A stretch of DNA of 64,000 nucleotides, taken from contig CAXXUA010000004.1 in NCBI GenBank assembly GCA_963663765.2, forward strand, positions 416,001-480,000, in the 5' to 3' direction. A model generated the notes under the pieces. That model saw only the letters and a program-made list of their open reading frames with translations, did no database searches and was not told the DNA's origin. A program made the position numbers and the translations under genes. This DNA is from Candidatus Poribacteria bacterium (GTDB lineage Bacteria > Poribacteria > WGA-4E > WGA-3G). Below are positions 43,685 to 55,300 of this stretch, one piece after another (the stretch's first letter is position 1; every line of letters starts with the position of its first letter).

Positions 43685-44377
43685 ATGAATATTAGATTTG
43701 TTCTAATGATCCTCGTATTTTGTGTTTGCGTACTTACCGCAGGTTGTAGTGCTTTGTTATCTCAACAGGAATGGAGCGATAACTATGCACTTCTCGACGG
43801 TGTTCACTCAACGAATATACAAATGACAGATGGTGATTTAAACACAGTTGGTGTAACTGGCTCCTCAGATGTCCCAAGAAATCGTGTAGGTAGAAACTCC
43901 AGTTCATCTCCTGAAGTAATCATCACCTTGCCTGAGAAAAAAGTCATACGACGTATTGTGATCCATTCAGACAATATAAAGAAATTTAACATATACGCAG
44001 ATAAGGGTGGAAGTGCCTTATCAAAAACTGACTGGCAATTAATAAAAGAAGAAAAAAGCGTCAAGTCCGGTCCTATTGTTGTTCCAGTCTTATACGCATA
44101 TCCTACAGACAAAATACGGATTGTGGTCTTAGGAACAACCGATGATGGTGCAATGACCCGTAGAGAAGTTGCACGTGGCGTCCAAAGTGCACTTCTAAGC
44201 TCACAAAGTGGTTCCACCTGAGGCACTGCGGACTGTGGGACTGGAGGTCCCACCCGTATCCGCGCAGCTGCAAAAATCAGTGAAATTGAACTGTTTGGGT
44301 ACAAAACCGTAAGCAATACAGATGATGACCCGATTGACGATCCCCAGCAAAAACAAATTGATTCTTTGCTGTTTTAG
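43685..44377 (+). CDS. lipoprotein with in-frame TGA (44219-44221), candidate selenoprotein
   Basis: Lipobox TAGC; frame stays open 51 codons past the TGA and encodes ISEIELFGYK, matching both paralogs. Confidence 0.7.
44222..44271 (+). promoter_or_regulatory. bacterial SECIS-like hairpin
   Basis: GTGGGAC-TGGAG-GTCCCAC (44235-44253) inside GCGGA/TCCGC; G-containing loop about 21 nt after the UGA. Confidence 0.6.
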
Positions 44378-44486
44378 TTGAACATGTTTTAGTTGAACAT
44401 TAGATACTCAGTTTCCAGTTAAGGTTATTTCTACTTGGGAATTGCTTTTTACTGGAAACTGACATCAAAATTACATATTTCCAACC

Positions 44487-44984
44487 ATGAAATACTTCGC
44501 TTATGGATCAAATCTTAATATTAAACAGATGACGTGGAGGTGTCAGGACGCTGACCCCTTAGGTGAGTTTACGTTGGAGGGGTATCAACTCGTTTTTCGG
44601 TATTATGCGGATATTGTTCCTGTGGCGGGAAAGTCTGTGAAAGGTGGTCTTTGGGAAATTTCAAAAGACGATGAGAAAGTCCTTGACAGTTATGAAGCGT
44701 ATCCACACCTATATGGAAAATACTACAAGAAAGACATCATGTACTATAGGATGCACGATAATGTCCGGCATTTAGAATTACCATCACCTGGATACCTTGC
44801 GGGAATGCTTGAAGGTATGGAAAATTTCGGTTTATCACCATTAGAAGATCTAAATCACAATCTTGGAAACGAACCCACTGATAAAACAAAAAGAAAAGGC
44901 GATCTTTTGCAACCAGCATTACAGATGATCGCAGACTCCATGGGACTTTCAATTGCAGAGGATGATTCAATCAATATTGAGTAA
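44487..44984 (+). CDS. gamma-glutamylcyclotransferase (AIG2/GGCT-like)
   Basis: YFAYGSNL; LDSYE; PSPGY. Confidence 0.85.
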   Translation: MKYFAYGSNLNIKQMTWRCQDADPLGEFTLEGYQLVFRYYADIVPVAGKSVKGGLWEISKDDEKVLDSYEAYPHLYGKYYKKDIMYYRMHDNVRHLELPSPGYLAGMLEGMENFGLSPLEDLNHNLGNEPTDKTKRKGDLLQPALQMIADSMGLSIAEDDSINIE

Positions 44985-45168
44985 TTGCAAGTAACCAATT
45001 GTTTAAGCAGGATTATTTTTGATAGATTATACAATTAATCCTATATTCTGAGTTGTAGGAGCGACCTCCTGGTCCCGATACTCTCAGAAAACGGGTATTA
45101 AGAGTAAAACTAAATATCCTAATGTTTAAGAGTTTTACTTTCTAAAAAATCTGTAAATAAGCGATTAT

Positions 45169-46119
45169 CTAAAGAATCTTTAATTCGTCATCTTCCCCAC
45201 TTTCCCGAAGAACTTTATCTAATTCCGCTGCAACAGCAGCAAAAGCACCTGTTTGTGGTGAATTTGGTTTACCCGCAACAATTGGCACACCAATATCCCC
45301 CGCAGTACATACTTCTGCGTCAAGTGGAATCTGTCCTAAGAGTGATACACTAAACCGTTCACTCATGTTCTTACCCCCATCGGAACTGAAAATCTCTGTC
45401 TTCTCATTGCAATGCGGACAAAGGAAATAGCTCATATTCTCAATAATCCCAAGTATCGGTACACCAAGCCGTTCAAACATGGCTACACCACGGCGCACGT
45501 CCGCAAGCGCAACATCCTGCGGTGTCGTTACAATCACAGCACCGGTCATGGGAATTGCCTGCGATAGGGTAAGCGCAACATCACCTGTTCCTGGAGGTAA
45601 ATCAATAATAAGGTAATCAAGTTCTTCCCATTCAACATCTGTGAGAAATTGGCGGATAGCACTATGCAACATCGGTCCACGCCAGATCATCGCTTGTTCT
45701 TCTGGAACCATAAATCCGATTGACATCAACTTAATATCGTGACGAACCAATGGAATTAACTTACGCTGCGGAGTTGTCTGAGGTTTATCCTTAATACCCA
45801 TCATCGTTGGAATACTGGGACCATAAGCATCTGCGTCCATCAAACCGACTGCAGCTCCGTTTTGTGCAAGTGATATAGCCAAATTGGTTGCAACAGTGGA
45901 CTTCCCAACACCCCCCTTACCGCTTGCAACTGCTATCTTATATTTTATGTTTGGTAATGTAATGTTCTGCTGTGACGTTTGTTGCTGTTGGGGTGATGGC
46001 TGCTGTTGGGGACGTTTCCCAGAAATTTCAGAACCACTGATAACTTTTAACTCAGGATGTGATTTTGAGGATTGGTTGGCTTTGTCAGTATCTTTGTCAC
46101 CTTTCTTAAAAAATTTCAA
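45169..46119 (-). CDS. Mrp/NBP35 (ApbC) Fe-S carrier ATPase
   Basis: SGKGGVGKST; WRGPM; DLPPGTGD; ENMS..CPHC. Confidence 0.95.
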   Translation of the reverse strand: MKFFKKGDKDTDKANQSSKSHPELKVISGSEISGKRPQQQPSPQQQQTSQQNITLPNIKYKIAVASGKGGVGKSTVATNLAISLAQNGAAVGLMDADAYGPSIPTMMGIKDKPQTTPQRKLIPLVRHDIKLMSIGFMVPEEQAMIWRGPMLHSAIRQFLTDVEWEELDYLIIDLPPGTGDVALTLSQAIPMTGAVIVTTPQDVALADVRRGVAMFERLGVPILGIIENMSYFLCPHCNEKTEIFSSDGGKNMSERFSVSLLGQIPLDAEVCTAGDIGVPIVAGKPNSPQTGAFAAVAAELDKVLRESGEDDELKIL

Positions 46120-46325
46120 TGTATTTGCTCCTTATTCAATATATCATTACATAATAATGCCATAAAAACATCAGAATTGCCAATCTTTTTTAGATTGTAT
46201 TATTATCAGAACATCTTCTAAGCTAACCAAAATATGCTCATCTGATTACTTACACGAATATTGATTACATTTTTATCAAGTTCTTGTATAATAACAACAA
46301 ACTATCTGAATTGAAAGGCAATATC

Positions 46326-46991
46326 ATGAATATACTAATGTTACGTCACTCTGTTGGTTTTGAACATAGTTACCTACCCGATGCGGAAGTAGCACTCAAG
46401 GCAATTGGTGATGTAAATGGATGGAGAGTCACAACGACGCATCGTTGTGATCGTATCTCTGAGGACAACTTAGCAAAACAGGATATCGTTGCATTTGCAA
46501 CAACAGGAAACTTACCTTTTGATGAAATGCAAAAAGCAGCTCTACTCAACTTTGTCCGGGAGGGAAAAGGTTTCTTCGGTATCCACAATGCTACTGATAC
46601 TTGCTACGATTGGCCTGAATTTGGGGAAATGCTTGGTGGGTATTTCAATGGACATCCATGGCATGAAGAGGTTAACGTCATCGTAGAAGATACTGAACAT
46701 CCTGCAACACGGATGCTCGGAGAAAGTTTCAAAGTTGTTGATGAAATCTATACATTCAAAAACTGGTCTCGTGAAAAGACTCATGTACTAATGCGTTTAG
46801 ACAACGACTCTATTGATGTTTCACGTGGGAACCGTGACGACAACGATTATGCCCTTGGATGGTGCCATTCTTACGGAAAAGGTCGCGTCATGTATACTGC
46901 ATTCGGTCATCCCGATGTGCTTTGGAGTCAACCCTGGTTCCGTGAACACATCACCGGATGCCTAAAATGGGTAGGTAGTTTAGAAGACTGA
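46326..46991 (+). CDS. ThuA domain protein
   Basis: GFEH; GIHNATD; GGYFNGHP; DEIY; YGKGRVMYTAFGH. Confidence 0.85.
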   Translation: MNILMLRHSVGFEHSYLPDAEVALKAIGDVNGWRVTTTHRCDRISEDNLAKQDIVAFATTGNLPFDEMQKAALLNFVREGKGFFGIHNATDTCYDWPEFGEMLGGYFNGHPWHEEVNVIVEDTEHPATRMLGESFKVVDEIYTFKNWSREKTHVLMRLDNDSIDVSRGNRDDNDYALGWCHSYGKGRVMYTAFGHPDVLWSQPWFREHITGCLKWVGSLED

Positions 46992-47005
46992 TAGAAATTC
47001 ATAGT

Positions 47006-47052
47006 TGTAGCAACAGTAGGAAGGTCTACGTACCTGCCTTACTGTTGCTACA
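47006..47052. terminator. inverted repeat between convergent genes
   Basis: TGTAGCAACAGTA...TACTGTTGCTACA. Confidence 0.65.
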
Positions 47053-47062
47053 TTTTCTGTTC

Positions 47063-48064
47063 CTATGATTTAATTAGACCCGTTGCCCGTAGCAATGTCT
47101 CCTGAACCAATAATTCATGAGATACCGGTCTATCAGGGGGTTGTTCTCCAGCAATTGTCGCCAAAAACGCTACCAATTCCAGCTCATATAAACGTTGTCG
47201 ACCTTCACCTACAATATTCAGGAACTGTTCTCCTTTAGAATATCCATCCTTTGCTTCCTGTAAACAGAGACGGATTGTATTGCCCGGTTCAAACGGTTCA
47301 ACGATGATAGCACTGCCTTCCGTGCCATACACCTCAAATCGGCGTGCCATGGGTCTCGGTTCTATAGCAGAAATCGTAATGAAAGCTATTGCTTTTTCAA
47401 ATTCATAAACAGTGAGTGTATTATCCTTGAATGGTTCTACCGATCCTCCATCATTGCGGAGAAAACTCGTTACCTTTTCAGGTCTACCTAACATCCACAC
47501 AATTTGATCCAGAACATGTCCACCTAAATCAAAAAAGATGCCACCCGTATGCTGACTTATCCGCATTCGTGCTTCTTGTGAGACATTAGTTGACATGTGT
47601 GCGCGAACTGAGAACACGTTCCCCAGAAAACCTGATCGCGCCCAGTCAGTCACTTGTTTGAAACTGGAGTGGTATCGCAACATATAACCCAACTGTACCA
47701 GTAGAGATTTTTCTTGAACTGTTTTGATAACACGTTGCCACTGTTCCCAGTTTTCACCAGCGGGTTTGTCGTACCATACATGTTTACCAGCATTTACAAT
47801 CTGTTCTGTCTGATCTAAACTTTCAATGTTGCTCCCTTCTGATGCCACCGCAACGATTGTCTCATCTTCTAACATCTCGTTGACATTTGCAAACCAGTGG
47901 ACATCATCAGACCAACCACCATTTGCTTGCAGTTTTAAGCGTTGTTCTTCGTCCGGTTCAAAAACCCCAGCAACCTCTACATTAGGATTGCTGAGCATTG
48001 CATGGAGTTTACCACGCGCATGTCCATGTTTGGTGCCGTATTGTGCCATTCGTATTTTTGTCAT
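47063..48064 (-). CDS. Gfo/Idh/MocA oxidoreductase
   Basis: GKHVWYDKP; GGIFFDLGGH. Confidence 0.85.
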   Translation of the reverse strand: MTKIRMAQYGTKHGHARGKLHAMLSNPNVEVAGVFEPDEEQRLKLQANGGWSDDVHWFANVNEMLEDETIVAVASEGSNIESLDQTEQIVNAGKHVWYDKPAGENWEQWQRVIKTVQEKSLLVQLGYMLRYHSSFKQVTDWARSGFLGNVFSVRAHMSTNVSQEARMRISQHTGGIFFDLGGHVLDQIVWMLGRPEKVTSFLRNDGGSVEPFKDNTLTVYEFEKAIAFITISAIEPRPMARRFEVYGTEGSAIIVEPFEPGNTIRLCLQEAKDGYSKGEQFLNIVGEGRQRLYELELVAFLATIAGEQPPDRPVSHELLVQETLLRATGLIKS

Positions 48065-48084
48065 ATCTTTATCCTATAAAAAAG

Positions 48085-48942
48085 TTAGCTTGCAAGTTTA
48101 CTATTCCGTTGAAACAACTTCCAACTACGACCTGCAATGTCACTATGAAATACCTCTACGTTCCCACGGTCAGCCATTGTTACATAACATGTGCGACCAT
48201 CAGGACCACCAAAAGCGATGTTCGTACAGAGTTTACCTTTCAATTCTACTTCCAATAATACCTCTCCTTCAGGTGAGAGTTTAGCGACTGTGCCTTTACC
48301 GTGTCGCGTGACATAGAGGTTGCCTTCTATATCACACCGCATACCGTCCATGTTGAAATCTGGGAATTGTATAAGCAAGTGTTTTTTGCTAATTTCTCCA
48401 TCGGGTGATAAATCATACACCCAGATGTTTCGTTGCACAGATTCGTTGACATAAAGTTTCTTCTCATCGGGACTGACTTCTATTCCATTTGTCGTTCCCA
48501 TGTCTGCTTCCAACAACGTAACCTTACCGTCAGTGTCAACTCTCCAGAGCTGACCAGTAGACTCACTCCAATTAGGGTCGCTTGCGTAGAGAATATCATT
48601 GGCACTAATTGCAAGGTCATTTGGTTGATTCATTTTCGGTTCGTGCGCATACACACTAATTTCATGAGTTTTCATATCCACCTTCAACACATTGTGATTT
48701 GTGTAGTCTGCAATAAACATGTATCCTGCGCTGTTGAATCTGATACCATTGCCGATACTTCCAGTAGGTAGTTCAACAAAAACACTTGCTTCACCTTCAG
48801 GTGTAACTTTGCCGATAGTGTGTTGTTGTTCAAAGTTAACAGCATATAGATTTCCATCTGCATCACAAGCAGGACCTTCTATTCCAGATGTAAACCCATT
48901 AGTTGAGGTGAATTCTTTGCTTTCAAATAGTTCGTGGTTCAT
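48085..48942 (-). CDS. SMP-30/gluconolactonase family protein
   Basis: EGP; PNDL; NGIEVSPD; DGMRCD.EGNLYV; TNIAFGG. Confidence 0.9.
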   Translation of the reverse strand: MNHELFESKEFTSTNGFTSGIEGPACDADGNLYAVNFEQQHTIGKVTPEGEASVFVELPTGSIGNGIRFNSAGYMFIADYTNHNVLKVDMKTHEISVYAHEPKMNQPNDLAISANDILYASDPNWSESTGQLWRVDTDGKVTLLEADMGTTNGIEVSPDEKKLYVNESVQRNIWVYDLSPDGEISKKHLLIQFPDFNMDGMRCDIEGNLYVTRHGKGTVAKLSPEGEVLLEVELKGKLCTNIAFGGPDGRTCYVTMADRGNVEVFHSDIAGRSWKLFQRNSKLAS

Positions 48943-48977
48943 GAAATGACTACCTTGTAATAAAAAATGACCTAAAG

Positions 48978-50030
48978 TTAGGGTATAAGACAGACTTTTC
49001 CAAAGTTTTTGCGGGATTCCAACAATTGATGTGCTTCAGCTGCTTGTTTTAAGGGTAATGAACGATCAATGATAGGGATAATTCTTTTCTGTTCGGCGAG
49101 GTGTACAAGCGTTCGCAATTCAGTTTGCGTGCCTAAGGCAGATCCCATGATAGTGAGTTGTTTTTGATACATTTTTCGGATGTTTATTTCACCGATGTTA
49201 CCTGTGGTTACCCCACATGAAACGAGTCTTCCATTTTTTGCGAGACTGCTGATACTCTGTTCCCAGGTTGTAGCTCCAACATGCTCTAAAACCACATCAA
49301 CACCTCGACCGTTTGTCAACTCAAGTATTACTTCAGAGAAATCAACATCCTTGTAGTTGATAGTGAAGTCTGCACCATATTCTTTTGCTTGTGATAGTTT
49401 TGCATCAGTGCTTGCAGTAGCAAAGATGCGAGCTCCAACAAGTTTTGCTATCTGTAAACCCGCACTTCCCACACTTCCGCCGGCACCGAGTATTAGGACA
49501 TCTTCACCTGCTTTGAGTTGCGCGCGTGTCATAAGCATGTGCCATGCTGTGAGATAAGCGATGGGTAAAGCTGACGCATCAACATAAGACAACGTATCTG
49601 CTATCTGAATCGCATTCTTGATAGGAGCTTTGACTAACTCTGCATAACCACCATCTGTTTGAAAACCAAGAAGCTGCTGTGTAACACACAGATTTTCATA
49701 ACCGTTGATGCAGTCGTTACAGACACCGCACGGAATACAGGGCGCAAGCAGTACACGATCCCCGATTGACAGTTGAGGATGAATACCTGATATCTCTACT
49801 ATTTCGCCAGCAATATCAGAACCTAAAATATGGGGTTTGCTTGTTTCGTCAAGTTTCTGCTTTATCTCAGGTCGGTCGCGTCGTGCGTGAATATCCAAGT
49901 AGTTAACAGAACATGACTTGACTTTTACAAGAATTTCATTAGGATTAAGGGTAGGAATGTCTACACCTTGGTATTGTAATACCTCAATTCCACCTTGTTT
50001 AGAAAACGCAATTGCTTTCATTACCATCAA
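48978..50030 (-). CDS. zinc-binding dehydrogenase/quinone oxidoreductase-like
   Basis: PHILGSD; CGVCNDC...C; GAGGSVG; FGKVCL. Confidence 0.9.
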   Translation of the reverse strand: MMVMKAIAFSKQGGIEVLQYQGVDIPTLNPNEILVKVKSCSVNYLDIHARRDRPEIKQKLDETSKPHILGSDIAGEIVEISGIHPQLSIGDRVLLAPCIPCGVCNDCINGYENLCVTQQLLGFQTDGGYAELVKAPIKNAIQIADTLSYVDASALPIAYLTAWHMLMTRAQLKAGEDVLILGAGGSVGSAGLQIAKLVGARIFATASTDAKLSQAKEYGADFTINYKDVDFSEVILELTNGRGVDVVLEHVGATTWEQSISSLAKNGRLVSCGVTTGNIGEINIRKMYQKQLTIMGSALGTQTELRTLVHLAEQKRIIPIIDRSLPLKQAAEAHQLLESRKNFGKVCLIP

Positions 50031-50404
50031 TTTCCCGATGAATCAGAAAATAGGCGCCAGATTGAATCGCTAAGTCTAAAATGACCAGTCCATTATTTTG
50101 TCTAATAGCCCAAACAAAATAGGACTGATTGTAAGACCGAGAATTCCACTAACGCAAATATATACACAAATACAAGAATAACAGAGCACTTTTATCAGAA
50201 GTTCAAAATCTAATGCAATCATAGATCAAATCCTTTCAAAAATTGTGGAAACTAATATCAAAATAGTAACCGTGTTGTTGGTGATAATACCCGTTATACG
50301 TGGGTATCTATGAAATTATAAAGATAACTTAATAGCGCAATACAAAGTTGTGACTATGCACAAGATGTGTGCAGTTTACTAACTGATACTTTGTGTAAGT
50401 GTGT

Positions 50405-51214
50405 CTAACCATAAGCACCATGACTGAGAAAACCCAACAATCTTCGAAGCCGCGGGCTTGCGTCCTGATATACCGATTCTGGCATATTGTAATTCATAAA
50501 CGGATAGAATTTATGACCAACCAGTCGACGGGCGTAAGTTACTTGAGTGATGTATCGTGTGCGTTGACTCTGATTAGGACCACCGCGATGCCATACCTGA
50601 TTGTTAAACATGATAACACTTCCCGCTTTGCCGAGGTTATATTGGATATTTTCTTCCCACTCAGTTCCCCCAATTGGGTTCGGGGGTGATGCCCCAAAAA
50701 GATGTGAACCCAGAACAACCTCTGTTCCACCATGTTCAATCTCAGTGACATCAGTAAGGTAGTAGTTTGCGGTAAAAAGCATAACAGGAAGTTTAACATT
50801 TTTGGGTGGATTGCCATCAGTTACGAGGTAGTGGGGTGAATCATCTTGATGCCATGACGTTATACCGCCACCAGGACGTGTTTGAAAGGAATTGTTGTGT
50901 ATTATGTGACATTCCCCTGGAATCAGTGCTTCTGCGAAAGAGACAATCGGTTCAAGATCAAATAAGCGAAGATTTGCTTTGCTGTGCTCAAACATGCGGT
51001 GACATAGATGCATGGTTGATTCATGGTTTCCACTGTTCAAGCCATTTGGATTGTTTTCAAGTGACCACTCCAAATCCTGACGAAGTTCTGCACAGTGATC
51101 GGGTGTTAACACATTTTGAAGGAATAGGCATCCGTCACGGTGAAAGGTTTCAACCCATTCCTGAATTTGTTCAGAACTGACGTTTTGTTCAGACAAGTAA
51201 GATATTCGTTCCAT
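50405..51214 (-). CDS. PhyH-family dioxygenase
   Basis: WHQD; GGT..V.GSH; VWHRGGPN...R. Confidence 0.9.
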   Translation of the reverse strand: MERISYLSEQNVSSEQIQEWVETFHRDGCLFLQNVLTPDHCAELRQDLEWSLENNPNGLNSGNHESTMHLCHRMFEHSKANLRLFDLEPIVSFAEALIPGECHIIHNNSFQTRPGGGITSWHQDDSPHYLVTDGNPPKNVKLPVMLFTANYYLTDVTEIEHGGTEVVLGSHLFGASPPNPIGGTEWEENIQYNLGKAGSVIMFNNQVWHRGGPNQSQRTRYITQVTYARRLVGHKFYPFMNYNMPESVYQDASPRLRRLLGFLSHGAYG

Positions 51215-51294
51215 CTATCGTCCCTACACTGTTTTACTTTTATGTCGATTAATTCCTATAAACTTATGTCGTATTACCATCAGTAAATCTGTTT

Positions 51295-51684
51295 TTAGTT
51301 AGAACGTTTGCCACCAATGATGATAAGGAAAGCACTATCCTCGTTGGCGTGTACTGAGTGAATAATATCTGCAGTAAAGGTAACAGATTCACCTTGGACG
51401 AGAGTAACATTATTGGTTTTTGATGTAAAAAGGATGTTACCGCTGAGTGTAATAACTGTAGCAGTCGCTGGAGCTGAGTGTTCGTCAAGGGTTTTCCCCT
51501 CTTTCATACAAACCAGAACCACAGTCATTTCATCACCACGTGCTAACGTCAACGATGCGCGACCAGAAGTAGCAGAATTAGCATCTTGCATCAACTGTTC
51601 TGCCATTGCTGTAAGTGGAAATCCCTTAATTTGGGATAGGTTGAGATCTATCGGTTTGTATGGTCTTTCAAAAGCTGTATTCAA
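51295..51684 (-). CDS. cupin domain protein
   Basis: LDEHSAP; HSVHA. Confidence 0.8.
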   Translation of the reverse strand: MNTAFERPYKPIDLNLSQIKGFPLTAMAEQLMQDANSATSGRASLTLARGDEMTVVLVCMKEGKTLDEHSAPATATVITLSGNILFTSKTNNVTLVQGESVTFTADIIHSVHANEDSAFLIIIGGKRSN

Positions 51685-51888
51685 TATGTAACTCCGTGTT
51701 GTTTATAGTTGTATGCAAAATGGCACCATGACAAAAATGTTGTATATAAGATATCTATGGTAAATTCTAATGAAATGAGATACATTCAATGAGCAGTGAG
51801 TGGTAAGCTATGGATTTTGACTCAATATGAATTTGTGTGTCTGAATAACATCAAAACCTACCATAGAAAATACATACTTACTAACCTA

Positions 51889-52230
51889 TCATCCCATAGC
51901 AGCTGCAACGATAATACCGAGTGAGACAAGGACACCCGCAACCGCAATCCCCGCGGCGACGTTGTTATCTTCAGCAATTTGTCGGTTCAGGTCATAAGGT
52001 GTTGACATGTCAAAAACCTTATATCCGACCATTAAAATGATCAGTCCAACGATACTAAAGATTGCTACTAAGATAATATCTCTTGCAATACCTACGAAGT
52101 CAAAAAGTAGCGGGCTATCGTCAGAAGCACTGTCATCCTGTGCATTTGCTGTCGTAACAAAGACTGCGAAGACACAAAGTGCTACCATTACAAGACAGAA
52201 GGTTGTGGATACGATTCTTTTCGCGTTCAT
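51889..52230 (-). CDS. DUF350 membrane protein
   Basis: VFD..TPYDL..QI.EDNNVAAGI. Confidence 0.85.
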   Translation of the reverse strand: MNAKRIVSTTFCLVMVALCVFAVFVTTANAQDDSASDDSPLLFDFVGIARDIILVAIFSIVGLIILMVGYKVFDMSTPYDLNRQIAEDNNVAAGIAVAGVLVSLGIIVAAAMG

Positions 52231-52338
52231 GATTCCTCCTATTGGGATAGAATCCCATTTCTATGTTTTTTATATTAATATAAACCCAATCAAAAATACT
52301 ATTACATTTCTTTAGACACTTTACACAAAAAGGAAAAT

Positions 52339-55300
52339 TTATTCAACATCTTTTAACAATTGGAACTGCAATATATCAGTTACGTGCAGTTGTTTTATCA
52401 AGATTGCGTCTTTTTCAGGTATATAACGCCAACCGGATGTCACCTCTTCAAGCGATTCTACTTGAGGGATTTCAAAAGATGAATTATCTTTTTCTCCTTC
52501 TGTCTCAGCGATTTGTGCCCGTATAATTGTCGGGGAATGACCGTATCCAGATATGAGTGTATTGCTTATTTCGTTTTTTGCGTAACTTAGAGTCCACTTT
52601 ACAGTACCAGTTTTTGAGACGGTAAACTCTTCAGGTGTTGCACCAGAACTCAGATGAACATTTCCTGATATTTTCGTTTTTACACCTGGATCCAGCCCGC
52701 GTTGTGAATAAACATTGACCATAATATCTTCAGGATTGAGATGGGGTCCTTTGCCTTCAGTACAAAATCCATAGTAACCATCAGGATAAGTACCTTTTAG
52801 TTCTCCATCAGTCCACTGCTGATACATGGCACTGATAGTAATTCCTTCGGCAATCTGACGCCATCTATCATCTTCTGTATGTTGATTGAGTTGCTGCAGA
52901 TAATATGCGTACACCAAACCGTTCCACTGCACAGGAACTCCAAACCATGAATGTGTATAAAAGGTAGTTCCAAATACTGGAATGGAAGCATACTGCATGC
53001 CGGGGCGATCAGGTAGATGCCAATGATAGAGGAAAGGTAATCCAGCATTAGCCCAATACTCTGCACGTTTCAAATATGTCTTATTTCCTGTGACTGCATG
53101 TGCTTCTACATACGCTCCAATAGCATGTGCAGCTGCAAGGATATCAGGTTCATATAACGGACATTCCCAACCTTGTGCGCCACGCGGTACAGTAAAGCGA
53201 TCCATATAAGACAGTGCTTTCTTACCAGATTCAAGAGAAGTCTTGTTTCCAGTAATGCGTGCATGTTTTAGCAGTTTTAATGCGTTAGCTGCACAAGTTC
53301 CTAAAACCACATCGCCAGTTTTTCCAAGTGTCTGGGTCTTATCTGAATTAGGTTGAAAACCCCATGCACCGTTGTCTGCTTGTGCATCAATTATTGGTTG
53401 TAATTCAGCTTCGTAGTATCCAAGGGCAGCGTCTATGTGTCCATAATAAAATGGAAACTCACCACCGAGAATATGACATGAACCGCGAGAAGCTAATCCA
53501 CCCGGATCCGAATCAGCAATTGTTTTTTGAGCAATCTCTTTCACCTGGTCTTTAACAGAATCAGATTTAGTAATTAGATAATCGTACCAAAGCAAGGTTG
53601 CAAATCCGGGTTCGTTACGTGAAGCCCAATCGACACAATGTCTGGATTGTCTTTTGTCTTCATCCCAGACTGTATGCATAAATCCGTGGCGTGATAGTAA
53701 AATCTGTTCTTTATCCTCACGTGGCGGATCAAGTTGTTTCGGTGTTCCATACGCTGATGTCCAATGTGCGACAGCATCTAATATAGTCGCGTTGTTGTCT
53801 GCAATGATCTCACATTCAAATTCAATAGGACTTTCAGGTGTCATGGTATAAGCGTTTTCGGCAATAAGTGTATTCTCTTCCACCCATTCTGGTATTGTCG
53901 GTAGAAAAACACCCATCAAATGATTTCTTTGGTGATGGACCGAATTGGGTGAAGCAAAAACTGCAGAAAGATTTTGATTTTGATCGTCCCATTGCTGTAA
54001 TGGATTCCAAACAATGCCGACCAGTGATTTCTGTATTTCTACTGCCATTACTGGTACAGTAATTTTATATGGATGGGGTACTAATCTGTTATTAATTGGC
54101 GGTGCTGCATCACGTGTACTTGAGGATGGTTCGTCTCCTTCAAGAAATTCGAGGCCTGGAAATAGTGCTGCAGTTTTCTTCTCACGTGTACTCTTATGTC
54201 CAGCATATAATTCCACTCCACGAAATGCTAAAAGTTCGCGCGGTTTGTCTACAGCCAATCGATACGATGTCTTTATACGTTTGGTATCTTCAGTGAGGAT
54301 CAACTGTACTTGAAGTGTCCATTTTACACCATCAGAATCTGTGTATTCATCCGACAAACGGACAATTGATTCGCCTAAACTATTTCCTGAGATTTGAATA
54401 TCATTCGGAATGAATATATGGTTATGTGTCTTACCATCTGAGATATGTGTTATCTCAGCAATCATATTAGATGTTGCAATTTGTTGATAGGAACTTCCCT
54501 TTGCAACATAGATTGCGTAATATTCAATTCCGGTCTCCAAATTATCCTGTACATTCTTAGGAGATTGATTATCCTTTGATTTGGATTGATCACCAGAATG
54601 TACGAACACTAAACGTAGGTGTTTGTTGCTTAGTACCACACTATCATCATGAGTGTAAGTGTGAAGTTCTGGAATAACTTGTGATTCAAGTTTTGGAAGC
54701 GCAGGTCGGATGTGAACTTCTCCTGTCATCTTCGCTGATCCCTCAATAAAACGTGTTCGTAAAGATACAGAGAAATCAATTGTCGTTGACCGTGAAACAC
54801 CACGAGCATACCATACATAAGTAGACAACTCACCTGGAGCAAGTGTCTTGATATATTGAGATGTTCTACCCCGTCGCAATTTTATGTTATGAATATTTAT
54901 TCGGGTTTTGCTGTCCTTTGAAAGAGGTCCTGTACCGACGTTTTTAATTGTGCATTGTATCTCATAAGCTTCACCCGTGCTGACCATTGCCGCAGTAGTT
55001 CCTACACTGACAATTTCTAATTTCGGTTGCGATGCATATAGTACCAATTCAATCGGTTCAGTTTCTAATTGGCTAATGATTTCCTCGGCAATTTCCTGTG
55101 CTGGTGTAAAACTATCCCGACTGAATTCAAAAAATGTTGTTTGCTCTTCAGGCAATTTTGCTATTGCAAGTCCACATTGGATTGTTGATGGTTTTTCTTT
55201 TTCTTCAATTCGGGTGAGTTTCAATAGCTTCGGTTCTCCCCACAGTCCCCACGCAAAATTGCTATTGCCTTCAACATTACATTGTGTGAGAAAGACAAGT

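Noticed and set aside
9307-46991. Other TGA-terminated genes (AKR, cupin, PhyH-HEAT, ThuA) as selenoproteins
   Set aside because: Their domains appear complete at the stop, and I saw no homologous in-frame continuation or SECIS-like hairpin.
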